Part shown: positions 8,295 to 11,754 of the stretch, in pieces
How positions within the stretch are numbered: position 1 is the first letter of the stretch
Layout: each line of letters opens with the position of its first letter
Source of the DNA: Zestosphaera tikiterensis
GTDB taxonomy: Archaea > Thermoproteota > Thermoprotei_A > Sulfolobales > NBVN01
Length of the DNA: 11,754 nt
NCBI GenBank assembly: GCA_003056265.1
Contig: NBVN01000015.1
Span: 1-11,754, forward strand
Direction of reading: 5' to 3'
Translations under genes and position numbers: made by a program
The notes under the pieces: generated by a model
Seen by the model: only the letters and a program-made list of their open reading frames with translations
Database searches by the model: none
What the model was told of the DNA's origin: nothing

Positions 8295-10082
8295 TCACCC
8301 TAATAGGTTTTTAACCCACTCAAGAGCGGTGTTTAACGCTTCTTCAACGCACATAGTAATGTCCGCATACTGGCATGGGGTACCAGGTTTCTGATTATAC
8401 TTGGCTATACCCATAAGTTCTCCAGGAACTTTACCACTCTTACTGTTTCTCAACGCGTGAGATATCACAATAACGTGGCCTAGATGTTTAACATCTTTAC
8501 ATTTATGTCCTCCAACGTGAATTAAGTTGTTGATCTTAGCCGCAAAATCATTTATGGTAACGAAAGGTATGAGCAACACTTCACATCTACCATCCATGCA
8601 GTACGGTACAAATACTAAGGGTGAAAGTCTTCTAGGCTCTTCCTTATCTCTAGGGATCTCGCACATTTCAGCGTTAAGCTTATTTTCATAAGTATAATAG
8701 CCGGTCTGTTTGGCTCCTCGCGGTAATCCTAGGGCCCAAGTATGGTAAGCTACACCAGGATTCCTTATATCTCCATGCTTTACTTTCCACGTGCTCTTCA
8801 GCGTTGCTTTACCAATTGCGCTCAAGGCTTCAATTATATCCGTAACCACGAACTTGTTGTTTATGCAAGGATCTTTGTTAATATCAACATTGGGTAGCTC
8901 TTGTAACACGTAAACACAGGGATGTTTGAGTGGATCTATGAGAACGCTATTCTTAATAGCGTAGTTTAGCGTTGGTATTCTACTTAGACCTTCAGTAGCT
9001 TGGTAACTCAATGTTGGCGCGGAGATGTTCTTTAGCAACTCCAGCGAGGATCTAATTAATGCTTCACTAGCCTCACGAAACATGTTGCCAAGACCCTTAT
9101 CACCGTTTTTCAGACTTTCTAGTATTTGCTCAACCTCCGCATCTCCTTTAAGATCCTTATCTAGTTCGTACAGCTCTAACCTAAACTTCCCAAAGCCTCT
9201 ACTCACTGCTTTACCTAAACCTATAAATGTTAGAACATGCGTAGCGAGAAGTATTACGAATTTTTTAACGGTTCTCTTAGCTTGAGCGGAAAAAGCGGAT
9301 GATGACGCCCCTGTTTTAAGGTAGAGCTCTACTTCAAGCCTAACCTTTTCAGGCCTTAGGGGTTGATATTCGTATAACTCAACAATATTTTTAATTCCTT
9401 GCATTGCAAGTCTAAATCTCGGTATAGCGAGAAGCTTACATATATCACTCAGTTGGGATAGCTGTTTGTCCATCTTGCTAACTGTATTTTCGTAGAGTTT
9501 AGCTATTCCTCCGGTTAATTTGTGCTTATGTAAGCCTCGAGATCTTCTCATTAGCAAATAACCGTGGATCTCGAGAACACTAATCAAATTCTTAATATCT
9601 TTTACAACGTTAAGTAACCTATCGAGAACTGCTAGATCACTAGTTTTAACGAAATTAATATCATCACGTACGTGTTGAGGCAGATAAGGTGCGTCATAAG
9701 GTATGAGGTCATGTGTTCCAGTAAAATAGTAATTCGTCCTCACCAATACTGTTCCTGATTTCTCTAAATTACCGAATATTATGGTATTTAGCTCCTCTAC
9801 ATCTCTATAGCTAGCGTTATGAATGTTCTTAAGTGAAGCCTCCACTAATCTTAAAAGCCACCTCATTCTCCCAATAAGCTGTTGTGAAGTTGGTAGGAAC
9901 GGACCTATACAGTTCTCTAAGTTAAGGTTTGAACATTCATATGTTTTTGTGTAATAAGGACCTCCAGGCCAAAGTGGCGTGGTATTTACGAATTCTAATA
10001 TAGCGAAAGGCTTGTTAATGATTGCAGTAGAGGGTTTACTTGCTATTAGCTCTTCTAACTGAATCTCATCCATGCACATCAC
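8295..10082 (-). CDS. cmr1: Cmr1 (double-RAMP subunit), unusually long
   Basis: 595 aa. GTG 10082 overlaps the cmr5 TGA (10081..10079) as GTGA; ATG 10079 or 10073 are alternatives. First RAMP domain motifs are NTTPLWPGG, GRMRWLLRL, IIFGN, and the G-rich loop GLGKAVSRGFGKF (about 9224..9186). Second RAMP domain motifs are HTWALGLPRG and PRRLSPLVFVPY. The position between cmr5 and cmr6 is as I recall for Sulfolobales-type Cmr loci. Confidence 0.8.
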   Translation of the reverse strand: MMCMDEIQLEELIASKPSTAIINKPFAILEFVNTTPLWPGGPYYTKTYECSNLNLENCIGPFLPTSQQLIGRMRWLLRLVEASLKNIHNASYRDVEELNTIIFGNLEKSGTVLVRTNYYFTGTHDLIPYDAPYLPQHVRDDINFVKTSDLAVLDRLLNVVKDIKNLISVLEIHGYLLMRRSRGLHKHKLTGGIAKLYENTVSKMDKQLSQLSDICKLLAIPRFRLAMQGIKNIVELYEYQPLRPEKVRLEVELYLKTGASSSAFSAQAKRTVKKFVILLATHVLTFIGLGKAVSRGFGKFRLELYELDKDLKGDAEVEQILESLKNGDKGLGNMFREASEALIRSSLELLKNISAPTLSYQATEGLSRIPTLNYAIKNSVLIDPLKHPCVYVLQELPNVDINKDPCINNKFVVTDIIEALSAIGKATLKSTWKVKHGDIRNPGVAYHTWALGLPRGAKQTGYYTYENKLNAEMCEIPRDKEEPRRLSPLVFVPYCMDGRCEVLLIPFVTINDFAAKINNLIHVGGHKCKDVKHLGHVIVISHALRNSKSGKVPGELMGIAKYNQKPGTPCQYADITMCVEEALNTALEWVKNLLG

Positions 10083-10585
10083 ACACGATGATATAACGCA
10101 TTTGCTAGCTTCTTTAATTCGTAAGCGTAATTTAATGCGAGTTTTTCTATACGTGCACCCTCTTGCTCGATTTTACTTAGGCAATTGACGATGTACTGCT
10201 CTAATATTTTAACTTCATTCTCGTTACAGCCAGCTACATTACCTATATACGTAGCTAGTAAAGCTGATGCTTGAGGATAACCTCCTCCAGCATTCTCTAT
10301 GTCAGAACATAGCCTATTAGAGCTTACTTCTTCAAGTATAGCTGTTATCGTAGCATTATACACTTCTATCTTAGCTTTTTCATCTATTTTAGAAAGGTAG
10401 AATGTGAGAGTTGGAACTAATCCAACCTGCAATGTTAGTGACGGAAACTCCTCTAGTCTCCTAGAGATCGCAGGTGCTTCATCACGTGTTTTTAAGCATT
10501 GCGGTCGAAAAGCTTTATCAAATGAAGATAAGATCTTGAGGGCAGCTTTAATGGGTTCTTGTGGAATGTCTTTAAAACTTACCAT
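10079..10585 (-). CDS. cmr5: Cmr5 (small subunit, Cas11 family)
   Basis: 168 aa, predicted all-helical, with FPSLTLQVGLVPTLTFYLSK resembling the conserved Cmr5 core. It lies between cmr4 and cmr1. GGTGA (10596..10592) sits 6 nt upstream of ATG 10585. Confidence 0.8.
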   Translation of the reverse strand: MVSFKDIPQEPIKAALKILSSFDKAFRPQCLKTRDEAPAISRRLEEFPSLTLQVGLVPTLTFYLSKIDEKAKIEVYNATITAILEEVSSNRLCSDIENAGGGYPQASALLATYIGNVAGCNENEVKILEQYIVNCLSKIEQEGARIEKLALNYAYELKKLANALYHRV

Positions 10586-10600
10586 GAGATGTCACCAACT

Positions 10601-11677
10601 TTAAGCCGTAGCCCCGCATGGGTGAAGTTTAAGTTTAATCATCCCTCTCCCAATAGTCTCCTTACCTCCTATCACTGCGTAGGTTTCGCATACGTTACCT
10701 AATGTTTTTCTAAGCACATCGATGGGTTCGACGCTTTCCGGGCAGTAGCTGTTTTTCCTGACTGGGTTTGGAACGACAAACCCTCCCAGAAATATCGTTC
10801 CTTGTGGAATGTATTCTTCAGTCCAAAGCCCTCCTTCAGAAACTGTTTTAGTATCAAGTCTTAACCTTATTCTCGTAACTCTAATCATTCCTTTCTCGAC
10901 ATATATGGGGCCGTTGGCATCCGACATCACTACTATTTTATTCCTTAAATTCTTAGCGAGAGGTCCGCACTTTTCAAGGAGTGATAGGTTTTGGTCTTGT
11001 ATCGTAATGGATTCAGCAAAGAACTTTGTTGTAGATACGTATATCTCGTGCTTGTTGGTAATAGTCGTTAACACTTTGTTGTCTGTCAGCTTATCTTCGT
11101 TACTAACTACCTCTTCGAGAAACTTCCGTAGGGTTTCAAGGTCTTGAGAGTTAACTACGTCAAGTATAGCTAAAGCTCTTTTAACGAGATATGGCGTTGT
11201 TAAGTAGACATAGCCTTCACTAAGGCTGGGTATCGGGAAGAATAACGGTATGAAGTCTAGGACTGAAAAGAGACCTGCCTCCTGTTCGCTTGCGCTTGGT
11301 TCTGAGCCAAATAAGCAACAGCATATACGACAGTTTAATTCACATGCTAGCTCCTTTGATTCTTCAGTACTACCTGATTCGCTACATTTAATTCTTCCTT
11401 CATCAAAGCAATCCCTATTACATATCTGAGCGACTCGCCTAGCGCATTCAGCTTTAAAAGCGCCTTTAACGCTAGATGCGAATACTATCGGGTATCCTAG
11501 AGGATCCTTCTGAACGACTTGATCAACAGCTCCGGGAGCCCTACCGGAGCCTGGATGTAATGGTGTTACAGAATATCCAAGCACAAGTAAACCATGAAGT
11601 TTTGCTATGCTCAAATGTAACACACCTCTATAGGGTTTCCAATTTATGTTATGTTTCGTAAATATATAAAGCTTCAC
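10601..11677 (-). CDS. cmr4: Cmr4 (backbone RAMP, target-RNA cleaving subunit)
   Basis: These are the longest-ORF coordinates (GTG 11677, TAA 10603..10601). Motifs are VTPLHPGSGRAPGAVDQVVQKDPLGYPIVFASSVKGAFK (the Cmr4/Csm3 signature including the conserved Asp), CRICCCLFG, and the C-terminal G-rich loop IGGKETIGRGMI. The true start is probably downstream (GTG 11623 or TTG 11614), because a TATA box lies inside the first codons; see findings. Confidence 0.88.
   Translation of the reverse strand: MKLYIFTKHNINWKPYRGVLHLSIAKLHGLLVLGYSVTPLHPGSGRAPGAVDQVVQKDPLGYPIVFASSVKGAFKAECARRVAQICNRDCFDEGRIKCSESGSTEESKELACELNCRICCCLFGSEPSASEQEAGLFSVLDFIPLFFPIPSLSEGYVYLTTPYLVKRALAILDVVNSQDLETLRKFLEEVVSNEDKLTDNKVLTTITNKHEIYVSTTKFFAESITIQDQNLSLLEKCGPLAKNLRNKIVVMSDANGPIYVEKGMIRVTRIRLRLDTKTVSEGGLWTEEYIPQGTIFLGGFVVPNPVRKNSYCPESVEPIDVLRKTLGNVCETYAVIGGKETIGRGMIKLKLHPCGATA
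11660..11670 (-). promoter_or_regulatory. candidate TATA box of the cmr operon promoter (TTTATATATTT on the minus strand)
   Basis: The plus strand reads AAATATATAAA at 11660..11670. On the minus strand this gives TTTATATATTT preceded by the purine-rich GTGAAGC (BRE-like). GAGGTG (11628..11623) follows about 35 nt downstream, then candidate starts GTG 11623 and TTG 11614. Confidence 0.45.
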
Positions 11678-11729
11678 ATAGCGTTTTTAATGATATTTCG
11701 TTAACTCTATGCTCATAATCTCTCTATAT

Positions 11730-11754
11730 CTTTCAATTCATTCTTTTTTGATAC
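11730..11754 (-). CRISPR. single candidate CRISPR repeat (possible terminal repeat of an array lying beyond the right edge)
   Basis: The minus strand of the last 25 nt reads GTATCAAAAAAGAATGAATTGAAAG. Its 3' 10-mer GAATTGAAAG equals the 3' end of the Pyrococcus furiosus repeat. It also contains the ATTGAAAG 8-nt crRNA 5' handle used by many archaeal Cmr systems. Only one copy is visible, so repetition is unproven. Confidence 0.35.

Noticed and set aside
2018-11661. Short ORFs on the strand opposite to (or in other frames of) the cas genes: 2018..2200, 6367..6588, 6889..7212, 7135..7356, 7610..7882, 8046..8255, 9025..9285, 10404..10604, 10809..11147 and 11476..11661.
   Set aside because: All lie entirely inside much longer ORFs that carry clear Cas motifs. 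Their translations are low-complexity (Ser/Leu/Thr-rich) with no recognisable motifs and no upstream TATA or SD signals. They are typical shadow ORFs.

Overview
This is an archaeal-type locus, judged from A/T-rich TATA-like promoters, GGTGA Shine-Dalgarno motifs inside operons, and frequent GTG/TTG starts. The window is dominated by a complete type III-B (Cmr) CRISPR-Cas effector operon on the minus strand, cmr4-cmr5-cmr1-cmr6-cas10(cmr2)-cmr3 (11677..2548). Three of its five gene junctions are 4-nt start/stop overlaps. It converges on a plus-strand csx1 gene (CARF + HEPN, 690..2300). Cas10 keeps its HD, zinc-finger and GGDD cyclase motifs, and Csx1 keeps its DxTHG and RNFIAH motifs, so a cyclic-oligoadenylate signalling pair is predicted. 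No cas6, cas1/cas2 or full array lies in the window. However, the last 25 nt (minus strand GTATCAAAAAAGAATGAATTGAAAG) look like a terminal CRISPR repeat ending in the canonical ATTGAAAG crRNA handle, cut by the window edge. On the left flank, a small ribbon-helix-helix ORF overlaps the start of an edge-truncated gamma-class N6-adenine DNA methyltransferase, divergent from csx1. Points worth follow-up are: strong GC mosaicism (csx1 about 30 percent vs cmr6/cas10 about 50 percent on hand-counted rows), a 9-cysteine insertion in Cmr4, an oversized Cmr1, a TATA box inside the longest cmr4 ORF, and a bipartite direct repeat 21 nt outside each end of the cmr cassette. I do not see an unambiguous brand-new system. 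The content is a recognisable III-B module with several atypical details.
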